Source: an uncultured Methanoregulaceae archaeon
GTDB lineage: Archaea; Halobacteriota; Methanomicrobia; Methanomicrobiales; Methanospirillaceae
DNA length: 64,000 bases
Reading direction: 5' to 3'
NCBI GenBank assembly: GCA_963701095.1
Contig: OY969564.1
Coordinates: forward strand, 1,920,001 to 1,984,000
Shown: positions 1-11,438 of the stretch, in pieces
How the letters are laid out: the number at the start of each line of letters is the position of its first letter
How positions within the stretch are numbered: position 1 is the first letter of the stretch
Made by a program: the position numbers and the translations under genes
The notes under the pieces: model-generated
What the model was told of the DNA's origin: nothing
Databases searched by the model: none
What the model saw: only the letters and a program-made list of their open reading frames with translations

Positions 1-222
1 AACCTGTCCAAGATCAACCGCTACGCTCAAAATGGAGAGATAATCCTAGTACCCGGCAAGGTACTGGGGTCCGGCGTGCTGGAGCAGTCAGTTAAGATTG
101 CTGCACTGAATTTTTCCGAATCAGCAACGAGCAAGATCAGGAACGCAAAAGGGCAGTGCATGACAATTGAACAGCTTTTAAAGGATAACCCCAAAGGAAG
201 CGGTGTCCGGATCCTGAGGTGA
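1..222 (+). CDS. rpl18e: 50S ribosomal protein L18e, 5'-truncated by the window edge
   Basis: Frame 1 reads NLSKINRYAQNGEIILVPGKVLGSG...LLKDNPKGSGVRILR*, with TGA at 220-222. It lies upstream of rpl13 as in the conserved archaeal operon. Not in the ORF track. Confidence 0.95.
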   Translation, partial: NLSKINRYAQNGEIILVPGKVLGSGVLEQSVKIAALNFSESATSKIRNAKGQCMTIEQLLKDNPKGSGVRILR

Positions 223-229
223 ATAAGAT

Positions 230-652
230 ATGGTTACCGTAATCAACGGAGATGGACTTATTCTCGGGAGGCTTGCAAGCACAATGGCCCGCCGTGCCCT
301 TGATGGCGAAGAGATCGCAATTGTCAATGTCGAAAAAATCATTATTTCCGGCAGCCGAGCTCGCGTTCTGGGCAATTACTACCATAAGCGTGAACGCGGA
401 TCTACTGACTGGGGCCCATATTTCCCCCGTAGACCGGACCATATCACCAAGCGTACGATCCGCGGCATGCTTCCCTATAAGCGACCCCGTGGTGTTGATG
501 CAATGAAACGCATCCGGTGTTACGTTGGCATCCCGGTTCAATTTGCAGGTGCAGCAATGGAAGTTCCAGAAGATGTCCACATGAACCGGCTCAACAACCC
601 GCAGTTCGTGACGCTATCAGCAGTATGCACGGCACTCGGAGCCAAGTTCTAA
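230..652 (+). CDS. rpl13: 50S ribosomal protein L13
   Basis: ILGRLAS and [10 protein letters not shown] motifs; operon position. Confidence 0.97.
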   Translation: MVTVINGDGLILGRLASTMARRALDGEEIAIVNVEKIIISGSRARVLGNYYHKRERGSTDWGPYFPRRPDHITKRTIRGMLPYKRPRGVDAMKRIRCYVGIPVQFAGAAMEVPEDVHMNRLNNPQFVTLSAVCTALGAKF

Positions 653-662
653 GGTGGTCACT

Positions 663-1064
663 ATGGCGAAAATCATAAACACAAGCGGAAAACGGAAAAC
701 AGCAATTGCCCGGGCAACGATAAAGGCCGGCAAAGGCGTGATCAGGGTTAACTCCGTGCCTCTCGAAAAATACGGCACCGAGACTACTCGTATGAAAATT
801 GCCGAGCCGCTCCTTCTTGTCCCCAGCGCAACAAGTGAAATTGACGTGACTATCGACGTTTCCGGCGGCGGGGTCATGGGACAAGCAGAGGCGGTGCGCA
901 CTGCGCTCGCCAGGGGCATTCTTGAGTGGACAAATGATCCTGCTATCAAGGATGTCTATCTTGCTTATGACAGAACGCTTCTTGTCAATGACTCACGGCA
1001 GAAAGAGACCAAAAAACCACATGGCCGTGGTGCACGCAAGAAATTCCAAAAGTCTTATCGTTAA
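663..1064 (+). CDS. rps9: 30S ribosomal protein S9
   Basis: [21 protein letters not shown] and C-terminal [13 protein letters not shown] at 663 follows a GGTGG SD-like site. Confidence 0.97.
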   Translation: MAKIINTSGKRKTAIARATIKAGKGVIRVNSVPLEKYGTETTRMKIAEPLLLVPSATSEIDVTIDVSGGGVMGQAEAVRTALARGILEWTNDPAIKDVYLAYDRTLLVNDSRQKETKKPHGRGARKKFQKSYR

Positions 1065-1093
1065 ACTAAAAGAAATAAGAGAGGTCGAAAATC

Positions 1094-1282
1094 TTGATAC
1101 CCGTACGATGTTTCACCTGTGGAAAGACCATTTCTACAGCATGGGAAGAATTTAAGGCGCGGCGGGAGAAAGGCGAGGATCCTAAAAAGATCCTCGACGA
1201 TCTCGGTATCACCCGATACTGTTGCCGGCGCATGCTTCTGACCCACAAAGAGATCATTGATGAGCTCAACCCGTACCAGTAA
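1094..1282 (+). CDS. rpoN: DNA-directed RNA polymerase subunit N (Rpo10)
   Basis: [10 protein letters not shown] and [11 protein letters not shown] zinc motifs; TTG start after GAGGT. Confidence 0.96.
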   Translation: MIPVRCFTCGKTISTAWEEFKARREKGEDPKKILDDLGITRYCCRRMLLTHKEIIDELNPYQ

Positions 1283-1291
1283 TATGACCGA

Positions 1292-1366
1292 GGGGTCGTG
1301 GGGTAGCCTGGACTATCCTATTGCGTTCGGGACGCAGTGACCTGAGTTCGAATCTCAGCGACCCCA
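1292..1366 (+). tRNA. tRNA-Pro(CGG)
   Basis: Acceptor stem GGGGTCG/CGACCCC, anticodon loop TT-CGG-GA, T-arm CTGAG-TTCGAAT-CTCAG. No encoded CCA. Confidence 0.95.
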
Positions 1367-1406
1367 TTTTCCAGAACAGATAATGGAACCATTTTGAGGA
1401 TGAGGA

Positions 1407-1580
1407 ATGCAGACACAGACATACACCCGGTATGAACGGGCGAGGATTATTGGAGCAAGGGCTCTGCAAATATCAATGGGTGCTCCCTTACTTATCACTA
1501 CTTCCCGGATCGATCCCCTTGAGATCGCCATCGAGGAATTCAACGCAAACATTATTCCCATTACCGTAAAGCGAAGATGA
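1407..1580 (+). CDS. rpoK: DNA-directed RNA polymerase subunit K (Rpo6), 57 aa
   Basis: Translated by hand: [29 protein letters not shown]...IPITVKRR*. Below the ORF-track length cutoff. Confidence 0.95.
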   Translation: MQTQTYTRYERARIIGARALQISMGAPLLITTSRIDPLEIAIEEFNANIIPITVKRR

Positions 1581-1592
1581 GAGGTTGAAGTT

Positions 1593-2780
1593 ATGACGAT
1601 CATTGAGGCAATCGAGCTGCGGACGATTCTGGACAGCCGGGGAAACCCGACTGTTGAGGCCGAAATATCGACATCCGGCGGATTTGGCCGTGCAGCGGCA
1701 CCAAGCGGTGCAAGCACCGGGGCAGCAGAAGCCAAAGTCCTTCCCCCAGCGGCAGCTATAGAGCATGCCACCCAGAATCTTATTCCGGCACTTATCGGTT
1801 TGGACTCTTCCGATCAGGAAGGTTTTGACGATCAGCTCCGTGATATTGACGGGACTGCTGATTTCTCAGGCATTGGGGCAAATGTAGCTGTTGCCCTTTC
1901 TCTTGCAAATGCAAAGGCGGCTGCCTCTGCATTGGGTTTCCCTCTCTTCCGATACCTTGGGGGAGCTTTTGTCCGCGAGATGCCGCTCCCTCTAGGTAAC
2001 GTTATCGGTGGCGGCGCCCATGCTGCAAATGCGACAGAGATTCAGGAATTTTTAGTGGTCCCGGGAGGAGCAGCGGATGCAGAAGAGGCTGTTTTTGCCA
2101 ATGCTGCAGTACACAGGATCGTCAAGGATCTTCTCAAGAAAAAGGGAATTGCCGCCGGCAAGGGTGATGAGGGTGCATGGGCACCACAAATTGATGATGC
2201 CCTTGCATTTGAGCTCATTGCCGAGGCAACCGGACGCGTGGAAGACGAAATGAATGTCTCGGTCGACATGGGTATTGATGTCGCAGCAAGCCAGATGTGG
2301 ACTGGTTCCGGGTACAGGTACCGCAATCAAGTCCGCACAACCGAGGACCAGATCGCATATATCGCCGAGCTCGTCGACAAATACAATCTCGTATATGTCG
2401 AGGATCCCCTTCATGAAAATGATTTTGACGCTTTTGCCGAACTTAATCGCCAGGTTGGCGACCGATGCCTGCTGTGTGGGGATGATCTCTTTGTTACACA
2501 GGTCAACCGCATTGAGCAGGGTATCGAAGCCGGCTCCGCCAATTGCGTACTTATCAAGCCAAATCAGGTTGGCACACTCTCCGATACTTTCGAGGCTGTC
2601 CGCCTGTCTCACACCCATGGTCTGGATACCGTGATGAGTCACCGGTCCGGTGAGACCACGGATACTACCATTGCTCACCTTGCCACAGCATTCTCCTGCA
2701 TCTTCTTAAAATGCGGGGTAGTTGGCGGCGAACGCATTGCCAAATTAAACGAACTCATACGCATAGAGGAACAACTATGA
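1593..2780 (+). CDS. eno: Enolase (phosphopyruvate hydratase)
   Basis: [25 protein letters not shown] and SHRSGET motifs. Confidence 0.96.
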   Translation: MTIIEAIELRTILDSRGNPTVEAEISTSGGFGRAAAPSGASTGAAEAKVLPPAAAIEHATQNLIPALIGLDSSDQEGFDDQLRDIDGTADFSGIGANVAVALSLANAKAAASALGFPLFRYLGGAFVREMPLPLGNVIGGGAHAANATEIQEFLVVPGGAADAEEAVFANAAVHRIVKDLLKKKGIAAGKGDEGAWAPQIDDALAFELIAEATGRVEDEMNVSVDMGIDVAASQMWTGSGYRYRNQVRTTEDQIAYIAELVDKYNLVYVEDPLHENDFDAFAELNRQVGDRCLLCGDDLFVTQVNRIEQGIEAGSANCVLIKPNQVGTLSDTFEAVRLSHTHGLDTVMSHRSGETTDTTIAHLATAFSCIFLKCGVVGGERIAKLNELIRIEEQL

Positions 2781-3387
2781 CCCCAGTAAACGAGATGGAA
2801 ATAGAATTAAAGGAACCGCTCATCCCCGTAGAGGAGTACCTCGCAGCCGGTGTCCACATCGGTACGCAGCAGAAAAGCGAGGATATGAAGAAGTTCATCT
2901 ACCGTGTCCGCGGTGATGGGCTGTATATTCTTGATATCCGCGAGACGGACGCACGCATTAAGACCGTTGCAAAGTTCCTAAACCAGTACGAAGCCCCCGA
3001 TATTCTTGTCGTCACTTCCCGTCAGTACGGCCAGTACCCGGCAAAGAAATTTGCAGATTCCATCGGGGCTATGTCTGCCACTGGTCGGTTTATTCCTGGC
3101 ATGCTCACCAATCCCGTTCTCGACGGCTATATCGAACCGAAGGTTGTCGTTGTGACCGATCCGATTGGCGATGCTCAGGTTATAAACGAAGCCGTCCAGT
3201 GCGGTATCCCGGTTGTCGCGCTTTGTGACACTAACAACATGACCAAGTTCGTAGATCTTGTGATCCCCACGAACAACAAAGGCAGGAAAGCCCTTTCGAT
3301 GATCTATTTCCTCCTTACCGGGAGATGCTGCGACTCCGGGGGATTGCAACGGGTCTCACGCAGGAAGATTTCGAAACTGAGATCTGA
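2777..3387 (+). CDS. rps2: 30S ribosomal protein S2, with an apparent 1-nt deletion near 3318 (probable sequence error)
   Basis: YLAAGVHIG and [11 protein letters not shown] motifs. Adding one base at 3318 gives [25 protein letters not shown], with TGA at 3385-3387. Confidence 0.93.
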
Positions 3388-3456
3388 TGCAGGTCCCTTC
3401 TATCCCCTTTTTAGATCGATCGTTAAATATAACAGAACGACCAGAGGGTTGATCCG

Positions 3457-4245
3457 ATGAAGACGCGTCGATGCGCATTAGCGGGCATGTTCTATCCCCG
3501 GGATCCATCTCATCTCGGGCAGCTCCTAGCAGGTTTTTTCTCAAAGACCGGGACCGGTGAAAAAGCTTTGGGTGTCGTCAGCCCGCATGCCGGTTATATC
3601 TATTCCGGCCAGATCGCAGCCCACGCATTTTCAAATATAAGTCCAGATTTTTCTGGCACATTCATTGTTATCGGCCCGTCTCATCACGGGTATCTTACCA
3701 GCGTATCTTCGATTCCTTGGGAGACCCCTCTTGGGATTGTCGATGTGGATACTGAATTTATTGAGGTACTGGATATTGTAATCGACGAACCTTCACAAAA
3801 CGAAGAACACTCGATAGAAGTTCAGATGCCGTTTATCAAGTATCGGTTCCCGCGATCGTCTGTGGTTCCTATTATGATGGGGGCGCAGGATCCCGCACAC
3901 GTCGCCGCTGTAGCAGAGAAAATTGTTGCGGCTTACCGTCTGACAAAACGGGACATACGGCTAATTGCGTCAAGCGATTTTTCGCATTATGTGCCCGAAG
4001 CACAGGCAAAAGACGGCGATCTCTATGCAATCGAATCTTTAACAAGGCTTGATATAAATGAATTCTACCGGCGGATCCGGGAGAAACGCGTAACGGCGTG
4101 CGGGTACGGTCCGATAAGCGTTATGGTATCTGTATGCAAGAGTATGGGTGCCCGGGAAGGACGACTGATCCGATATGGGACAAGTGGGGATGTTACCGGT
4201 GACAGGAACGAAGTCGTGGGGTACGCAGCCTTTGCGGTGATATAG
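3457..4245 (+). CDS. MEMO1 family protein (AmmeMemoRadiSam system protein B)
   Basis: [41 protein letters not shown] and VVGYA motifs. Confidence 0.92.
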   Translation: MKTRRCALAGMFYPRDPSHLGQLLAGFFSKTGTGEKALGVVSPHAGYIYSGQIAAHAFSNISPDFSGTFIVIGPSHHGYLTSVSSIPWETPLGIVDVDTEFIEVLDIVIDEPSQNEEHSIEVQMPFIKYRFPRSSVVPIMMGAQDPAHVAAVAEKIVAAYRLTKRDIRLIASSDFSHYVPEAQAKDGDLYAIESLTRLDINEFYRRIREKRVTACGYGPISVMVSVCKSMGAREGRLIRYGTSGDVTGDRNEVVGYAAFAVI

Positions 4246-4246
4246 G

Positions 4247-5116
4247 TTGGCAACGTGGAGTGCGCCGGGCAAGGTATTTCTGTTCGGCGAGCATGCAGTT
4301 GTGTACGGAAAGCCCGGCATAGCTATGGCTATTAAACCCCGGGTTTTTGTGACGGTAAGAAAATCACGACGTCCGCAAAGGGCAAAATCTCCCTATATAG
4401 ACGGGTGTTTTGATGCAATGGGTGTGGCAGGGAGCGTCTACATAAACTCGCAGATACCCAGCTCGTCAGGTCTTGGGTCATCCGCTGCAGTCACGGTGGC
4501 TACGTTATCGGCAATAAATGACGAGTTTGCTATTGGAAAAAACCGGGAAGATATCGCAAACATGGCTTTTGAGATCGAAAAAACCGTGCAGAAGGGACGG
4601 GCGAGTCCCACCGATACTACCGTTTCCACATACGGCGGAATTGTACTTATCTGCGGAGGTTCACGAAGACGCCTCGCCCCCCAGAACATGCATATGGTGA
4701 TCGGAGATTCTCTGGTTTCACATAGCACGGCCAAAATGGTAGAACAGGTTGCGGATTTGAAAAAACAGAGTCCGGAAATCGTTAATCCAATCCTTGATGC
4801 GATAGAAGGTGTGAGTCTTGCAGCTATTCACCACTTGGCAAATCACCGGGAACTCGGAAGATACATGAATATGAATCACGCGCTGCTCGAAGCTCTTGGT
4901 GTCGGCCATCCACAGCTTTCCCGGCTGGTTCTCGCTGCCCGTTCTGCTGGGGCATTTGGTGCGAAAATTACGGGGGCTGGTGGCGGAGGTTGTATGGTGG
5001 CGCTCTGTGCAAAGCCCATCCGGCACCGGGTTGCCCAAGCCATCCAGTCTTGTGATGCACGGGCTATAGTGACTGGTATTGATACCGAGGGTGCACGGAA
5101 GGAGAAGAATGTCTGA
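4247..5116 (+). CDS. mvk: Mevalonate kinase
   Basis: APGKVFLFGEHAVVYG, PSSSGLGSSAA (GHMP) and KITGAGGGG motifs. Confidence 0.95.
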   Translation: MATWSAPGKVFLFGEHAVVYGKPGIAMAIKPRVFVTVRKSRRPQRAKSPYIDGCFDAMGVAGSVYINSQIPSSSGLGSSAAVTVATLSAINDEFAIGKNREDIANMAFEIEKTVQKGRASPTDTTVSTYGGIVLICGGSRRRLAPQNMHMVIGDSLVSHSTAKMVEQVADLKKQSPEIVNPILDAIEGVSLAAIHHLANHRELGRYMNMNHALLEALGVGHPQLSRLVLAARSAGAFGAKITGAGGGGCMVALCAKPIRHRVAQAIQSCDARAIVTGIDTEGARKEKNV

Positions 5117-5864
5117 CCTCGTAATACTCAAGCTCGGAGGCAGCGTAATCACGGACAAAGGGGCAGATTGCCGAGTTAACCGGATTGCATTGAACAGTAT
5201 TGCGACGACCATTGCAAATGCTCCAATATCAGGACTTATAATCGTTCACGGCGCTGGGTCATGCGGACACCCGGAGGCCAAAAGGTACCGGCTTGATAAG
5301 GGAGCCGTGGCAGGTCAGACAGAGGGAATTACAGTAACCCATCGCATTGTTAGCGCCCTAAATGCGGAAGTTGTCAGCGCCCTTCGTGAGGTTGGTGTCC
5401 CGGCGCTTGGGGTTCATCCACTCCATGTATGTATTGCTGACAAGGGCAGGTTAATCGCATTTGAGAACCGGCATCTGCAAGAGATGCTCGCGCTTGGTAT
5501 GGTTCCTGTGATCCACGGTGACGTGGTGATGGACCTTTCACATGGAGCCTGCATAGTGTCAGGCGATCAGCTCGTGCGTTATCTTGCGGTTGCACTCAAA
5601 TGTACCCGTGTAGGACTCGCCACCGATGTACCGGGAGTGCTGGATGGAGAACGCGTGGTCCCGGAGATTACTCCGCGGACTGTGGATGCGCTCCATATTG
5701 GCAACTCGTCACATACCGATGTAACCGGTGGAATGAAAGGGAAAATTGACGAACTGCTCGGGCTTGCTGCGGCGGGTTCCGGTGCAGATATATTCGAGGT
5801 TTCGCGTCTCGGCGACTTCCTTGCAGGAAAGGATCACGGCGGAACAAAGGTTAGAGGGGGATAA
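5109..5864 (+). CDS. ipk: Isopentenyl phosphate kinase
   Basis: ILKLGGSVITDK, VHGAGSCGH, SGD and DVTGGMKGK motifs; lies between mvk and fni. Confidence 0.92.
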   Translation: MSDLVILKLGGSVITDKGADCRVNRIALNSIATTIANAPISGLIIVHGAGSCGHPEAKRYRLDKGAVAGQTEGITVTHRIVSALNAEVVSALREVGVPALGVHPLHVCIADKGRLIAFENRHLQEMLALGMVPVIHGDVVMDLSHGACIVSGDQLVRYLAVALKCTRVGLATDVPGVLDGERVVPEITPRTVDALHIGNSSHTDVTGGMKGKIDELLGLAAAGSGADIFEVSRLGDFLAGKDHGGTKVRGG

Positions 5865-5869
5865 GAGAA

Positions 5870-6949
5870 ATGGCGGATAAGCAACGATTTACCTCATCGC
5901 GCAAACTCGACCATCTGCGAATCTGCGCAGAAAAAGAAGTTGAATCTGGCGATACAGGTTTTGGGGATATCAGGCTGGTTCACAATGCCCTGCCGGAATG
6001 CAATATGCGTTCGATTGATCTCTCCACCCGGCTTTTTGGTCACGCTCTCGCATCCCCTCTCTTTATCTCTGCGATGACCGGGGGACATCCCGGAACAAAG
6101 GAAACAAATGCCCGTCTTGCCCGGATTGCCGAACGGTTTGGCATTGGCATGGGTGTAGGATCCCAAAGAGCAGCGCTTGAAAACCCGGCGCTTGTGGATA
6201 CATTCTCGGTTGTCCGTGAAGAGGCTCCTCATGCATTCCTTGTCGCAAATCTTGGCGCCGTGCAACTACGTGACCATGGAACAGCATGGGCAGAGCAGGC
6301 CATCGAGATGATTAACGCTAACGCGATTGCAATTCATCTGAATTTCCTTCAGGAAGCCATCCAGCCGGAAGGCGACCACAATGCAACAGGCTGCCTCGCT
6401 GCGATTGCGGCACTCTGTGGCGAGATAAAAACTCCGGTGATCATCAAAGAGACCGGCTGTGGAATTTCAAGGGAAGTCGCCCGCCAGTGCTGGAGTGTAG
6501 GAATCGGGGCCATTGATATCGGTGGCTGGGGGGGTACTTCATGGGCGGCTGTCGAAAGTATCCGCGCACACGAAAGCCGGAATGCTCAGGACAAGTATCT
6601 CAAGACCCTTGGCGAAGATTTTGCAAGTTGGGGTATCCCAACGGTGGTAAGCCTTGCCGAAGTAGCTGGAACTGGCAGTCCGGTAATAGCATCCGGGGGT
6701 GTCAGGAACGGGATTGATATAGCGAAGTCTCTTGCCCTTGGGGCTGATCTCTGTGGCATGGCACTCCCTTTCCTCAAACCGGCTCTTGAGAGCGATGAGG
6801 CACTTACTTCCAAGGTTGAGGCGATCCACCGGGAACTGGTTGCGTCAATGTTCCTTTGCGGAGCTTCAAAGGTTCGTGATATGCGTAGTGCACGGCTCCT
6901 GATTACGGGAAAAACTCGACTGATGATGGATGATGGCAATCCTTCGTGA
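5870..6949 (+). CDS. fni: Type 2 isopentenyl-diphosphate delta-isomerase
   Basis: RKLDHL, SAMTGG, GVGSQR, HLNFLQE, IKETGCG and GGTSW motifs. Confidence 0.96.
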   Translation: MADKQRFTSSRKLDHLRICAEKEVESGDTGFGDIRLVHNALPECNMRSIDLSTRLFGHALASPLFISAMTGGHPGTKETNARLARIAERFGIGMGVGSQRAALENPALVDTFSVVREEAPHAFLVANLGAVQLRDHGTAWAEQAIEMINANAIAIHLNFLQEAIQPEGDHNATGCLAAIAALCGEIKTPVIIKETGCGISREVARQCWSVGIGAIDIGGWGGTSWAAVESIRAHESRNAQDKYLKTLGEDFASWGIPTVVSLAEVAGTGSPVIASGGVRNGIDIAKSLALGADLCGMALPFLKPALESDEALTSKVEAIHRELVASMFLCGASKVRDMRSARLLITGKTRLMMDDGNPS

Positions 6950-7023
6950 AGCGATTACAAAACAAAAAGCGGAGTCAGGTTTTAAAGAATACCTGCAGTA
7001 CAACATAAAACAGGAGAAAAAAC

Positions 7024-8361
7024 ATGGATATTGAAATTATAGCAGTGGGCGGTTACGATGAGGTCGGGCGAAATATGACCGCTGTCCGCTGCGGAAAAGA
7101 AATCGTCATTTTTGACATGGGGCTTCGCTTGGATCAGGTTATGATCCACGAGGATGCGGAGCTTGAGAATATGCACTCCCTTGATTTGATCAAGATCGGT
7201 GCGATTCCTGATGATACAATGATGAACTCGGTCGAGGGAACGGTAAAGGCGATTGTCTGCTCCCACGGCCATCTCGACCATATCGGGGCAATTCCTAAGC
7301 TCGCACACCGGTACAACGCGCCAATCATAGCGTCACCGTATGCGACGGAGCTGATAAGGCAGCAGATATCCGGCGAACAAAAGTTCGGTGTCAATAACAA
7401 GCTCTTCGCGCTCCGGTCCGGTCAGAGATACACAATCTCGCAGCATCTTGTGCTCGAATTTGTACGTGCCCAGCACTCCATTATCGATACAGTGACCCCG
7501 GTACTTCACACACCGCATGGTGCAATTGTCTACGCCTGTGATTTCAAGACTCGACAGGACACCTGTGATTGGAGAACCCCCGGACTTTGCCAGGTTACGC
7601 CAGATAGGAAAGGAGGGCGTGCTCGCCCTCATTGTGGAGAGCACGTATATTGACAGGCCGGGCCGGTGCCCCAGCGAGCGGATTGCCCGGGATCTCGTGC
7701 GGGATACTATCACAAGTTATGAGGATGATAAAAGCTCTATTATCGTTTCGACATTCTCTTCCCATATTGCCCGTGTCAAGACGATTGCAGAGTGTGCGCA
7801 TGAAATTGGAAGAAAACCGGTATCCTTGGCCGCTCGATGGAGAAATACTCTGTTACAGCTGAGCAGATGAAGATGGTTTCTTTCCCTCAGGATACCAGTG
7901 TCTTTGGGAACAGACGGACAGTTGACCGGACCCTGCGGCGTATGGCGAAAGCAGGAAAAGAGAAGTTTCTCCCTATCATTACCGGTCACCAAGGTGAACC
8001 GGGGTCTATTCTGACGCGGATTGCCTTACGGGATACCCCGTATGAGATCTCAAAAGGGGATAAGATCCTGTTCTCGGCTAATGTTATCCCGAACCCAATG
8101 AACTTTGGGCAGCGGTATATGGTAGAAGCGCACCTGAAAATGGCAGGGGCACGGCTCTTTACTGACCTTCACGTGAGTGGACATGCTTACCGTGAGGATC
8201 ACTATGAATTTATTAGTATCCTGAATCCGCAACACATAATACCGGCACACGGTAATATCAGAATGACTTCGACATATGCTGAGTTCACCGGTGATCTTGG
8301 GTACATAATGGGCAATGACGTTCATGTGATGCGTAACGGACAACGGCTCAAATTAAACTAG
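7024..8361 (+). CDS. rnj: Ribonuclease J (beta-CASP), split by two compensating indels at about 7549 (+1) and 7822 (-1)
   Basis: GGYDEVGRNMT, SHGHLDHIG, HSI and HVSGHA motifs lie across three ORF pieces. The repairs give DFKLDRTP and RKPVLLGRSMEKY. Confidence 0.9.
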
Positions 8362-8371
8362 AAGGGAAACC

Positions 8372-9336
8372 ATGTCTGAACTATCACCATACCTGAAATT
8401 GGTTGCACAACAGATCGATGGCATGATCGACAGGCATTTTGCCCATGCCCCGGGAGAACTCTACAAGGCATCCAGCCACCTGCTTAGTGCCGGCGGCAAA
8501 CGGCTTCGCCCTGCAGTAGTCCTTCTTTCTGCTGACGCTGTCAGATATGGCAGTTCCAAAGAAATCACGCCGGCTGCACTTGCCCTTGAGATCACACACA
8601 CGTTCACTCTCATCCACGACGACATTATGGACGGGGACTCTCTGCGACGGGGGGTCCCGACGGTCCATTCAAAATGGGATATGCCAACCGGGATTCTTGC
8701 CGGTGATGTCTTATATGCCAAAGCGTTTGAGTTCATCTGCCAGGTAAAAGCCGGTGATGGCGCGAAGGTCAGTGCAGTGGCTCTGCTTGCCCGTGCATGC
8801 GCTGATATCTGCGAAGGTCAGCACATGGATATGTCATTTGAGCACCGGACTGATGTGACCGAAGAGGAATATATGGAAATGGTCGGGAAAAAGACGGGGT
8901 GCTCTATGCAGCCGCAGCGGCAATCGGCGGAACACTGGCAGGAGGGAACGAGTGCCAGGTTAGCTCACTCTACAAGTTCGGGCTCAATACCGGCATTGCG
9001 TTCCAGATACAGGACGATCTTATCGATCTCCTTACACCTTCTGAGGAAAGCGGGAAGGATCAGGGATCGGATCTCCGGGAAGGAAAACAGACTCTGATAA
9101 TGATCCTCGCACGGAAAAAAGGTGTTGATCTCCAGAAATACCGGCACGATCTTTCACCCTCTGACATCAAGTCCGCGATAAAGGAACTCACCGATGCGGG
9201 AGTCATTGACGCGGTGAAAGAGAAGGCTTTTTGTCTCGTCGAGGATAGTGACCGGCTGCTTGAAGTTCTGCCGGCTTCAAAGGAGCGCGAGCTCCTTATG
9301 GATATCGGGAAATTTTTTGTGACCCGGAGTTTCTAG
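8372..9336 (+). CDS. idsA: Geranylgeranyl diphosphate synthase (polyprenyl synthetase), with a 1-nt deletion near 8897
   Basis: GGKRLRP, FTLIHDDIMD, EGQ..D and AFQIQDDLID motifs. One extra G in the run at 8896-8899 gives KKTGVLYAAAA. Confidence 0.92.
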
Positions 9337-9337
9337 A

Positions 9338-11029
9338 ATGGGCGCGGACGATATCAGAGAAGTCCTGTTCCTGTGCGCACTCCAGAATGCCGTAAAGCAT
9401 GGGGGAGTACCGCAAAGCGGGGCTGTTATCGGGATGATAATGAGCTCGCGCCCTGACCTACGCGGCCGGGTTAAAGAAGTATCGGGGCTTGTAAAGGAAG
9501 CGATTGCTGATGTTGCCACTCTTTCTACGGAAGAGCGGATCACTAAACTTCAGGTACTTTCCCCCGAGATGTTCGCGGCACTTCATGAGAAACACGAGCA
9601 CCGAAAGACTCTTCCGGATCTTGATGGGGCAGAGCATGGTGTGGTTATGCGTTTTGCACCAAACCCGTCAGGTCCGCTCCACATAGGTCATGCGCGAGCA
9701 GCGGCACTCAATAACGCCTATGTAAAACAGTACGGCGGCAGGTATATTCTCAGAATTGAGGATACCGACCCAAAACGGGTTGATCCTGATGCCTACGAAA
9801 TGGTACAGGAAGATATCAGATGGCTTGGTATAGGGATCACTGAGACCGTCACCCAAAGTGAACGTCTTGCATTATACTACGATCTCTGCAAGGAGCTCAT
9901 TGCCTGTGGAGGTGCGTATGTCTGCACATGCGAGAATGATCGTTTCAAGACCCTTAAGGATGCTAAAAAAGCCTGCCCCTGCCGTGATCAGCCGGTGGAG
10001 ATAGCACTCTCTCTCTGGGAAAAGATGCTGGGTGGCGGATTTAATGAAGGTGAGGCGACGGTCAGGGTCAAGACTGACCTGTTGCACCCGGATCCGGCGA
10101 TGCGTGATTTCCCGATCTTCAGGATACTCGACAGACCAAAACACCCGAAAGTTGACGCACGTATTTATCCACTTATGAACTTCTCTGTGGTCGCTGACGA
10201 CCACCTTCTTGGCGTAACGCATGTGATCCGGGGCAAGGATCATATTGCCAACACACGGCGGCAACGTTATATTTACGACCATTTTGGCTGGAATGTTCCG
10301 GTTTACCGTCATTATGGACGGATGGGAATTGAAGGTGTAGTACTCTCTACTTCCCAAATGCGGCTCGGGATAAATGAGGGACAGTATACCGGATGGGACG
10401 ATATTCATCTCGGAACACTCCGTGCACTTGCCCGCAGGGGGATTCGCCCTGAAGCAGTGAAAAACGCAATGCTTGCAATCGGCATCGGTGAGACAGATAT
10501 CTCATTCTCCTGGGATAATCTCTACGCCGAAAATAAGAAGCTGGTTGATCCTGTGGCGAACCGCTATTTTTTTGTGCCGGATCCGGTAACTGCCGTTATT
10601 GAAAAAGCCCCCCATAGGATCGCTGAGGCGATGCTTCATCCCGGAGATGCGTCCAAAGGGACCCGTAAACTGTCGTTTGAAGGAATCGTAATGCTTCCGG
10701 GAAGCGAAATTGTTAAAGCAGCTGCTATGGTTCGCCTCAAGGATCTCTTCAATGTGAAGATCACTTGGAACGAGGATATACCTTCATTTGCATACGACGG
10801 TGATTCCCTTAACGAGGCCCGCACAGCAAAAGCACATATAATCCAGTGGCTACCAGTGCAACAGACCCTTCCTTGTACGCTTGTGACCATGGAAGGAGAG
10901 GTAAACGGTGTATGCGAACCTGATGTTGCAAAAGAAGAAGGAAATGTAGTGCAATTTGAGCGTATAGGTTTTGTCAGGATCGATGCAGTTTCCAAAAGTG
11001 GCATTCGGGCTTATTTCACTCATACTTAG
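9338..11029 (+). CDS. gltX: Glutamate--tRNA ligase (archaeal type)
   Basis: RFAPNPSGPLHIGH, RIEDTDP, VTHVIRGKDH, LSTS and QFERIGF motifs. Confidence 0.97.
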   Translation: MGADDIREVLFLCALQNAVKHGGVPQSGAVIGMIMSSRPDLRGRVKEVSGLVKEAIADVATLSTEERITKLQVLSPEMFAALHEKHEHRKTLPDLDGAEHGVVMRFAPNPSGPLHIGHARAAALNNAYVKQYGGRYILRIEDTDPKRVDPDAYEMVQEDIRWLGIGITETVTQSERLALYYDLCKELIACGGAYVCTCENDRFKTLKDAKKACPCRDQPVEIALSLWEKMLGGGFNEGEATVRVKTDLLHPDPAMRDFPIFRILDRPKHPKVDARIYPLMNFSVVADDHLLGVTHVIRGKDHIANTRRQRYIYDHFGWNVPVYRHYGRMGIEGVVLSTSQMRLGINEGQYTGWDDIHLGTLRALARRGIRPEAVKNAMLAIGIGETDISFSWDNLYAENKKLVDPVANRYFFVPDPVTAVIEKAPHRIAEAMLHPGDASKGTRKLSFEGIVMLPGSEIVKAAAMVRLKDLFNVKITWNEDIPSFAYDGDSLNEARTAKAHIIQWLPVQQTLPCTLVTMEGEVNGVCEPDVAKEEGNVVQFERIGFVRIDAVSKSGIRAYFTHT

Positions 11030-11141
11030 GATCTTTGTTGTTTATCGGGGGAAATTTCAAATATCCTCACAAAGATTTGTTTATCATTACACTGGAACCG
11101 GCGCCCATACTATTTTATAACAAAATACCGGATATTCTTGT

Positions 11142-11339
11142 GTGGACGATTCATCTGGATATTACCCTTATACTGCAGAATTTCCCAGTGTAGCTGAAAT
11201 TGAGAAATGGGTAGCGGGGCATCCGAATGCCACCCAGCTTGCAGAAATAATAGCCAGATCCTACGATTATGTCCGTCAATTACCTTTTAAGGGCATGGAA
11301 GAGCACTATTTGGATAATAGCGATTTTTCATTATCTTGA
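11142..11339 (+). CDS. Hypothetical protein, 65 aa
   Basis: GTG-start ORF filling the gap between gltX and the methyltransferase; no recognised motif. Confidence 0.35.
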   Translation: MDDSSGYYPYTAEFPSVAEIEKWVAGHPNATQLAEIIARSYDYVRQLPFKGMEEHYLDNSDFSLS

Positions 11340-11438
11340 TAACGAACAAACCTGCTTTCCTTTTTTCAGTCACTCCAGTTTAGAACATAGATGATATACG
11401 ATTATCCGGCACATCGTTATGCTGCGGAAGTGATCCAG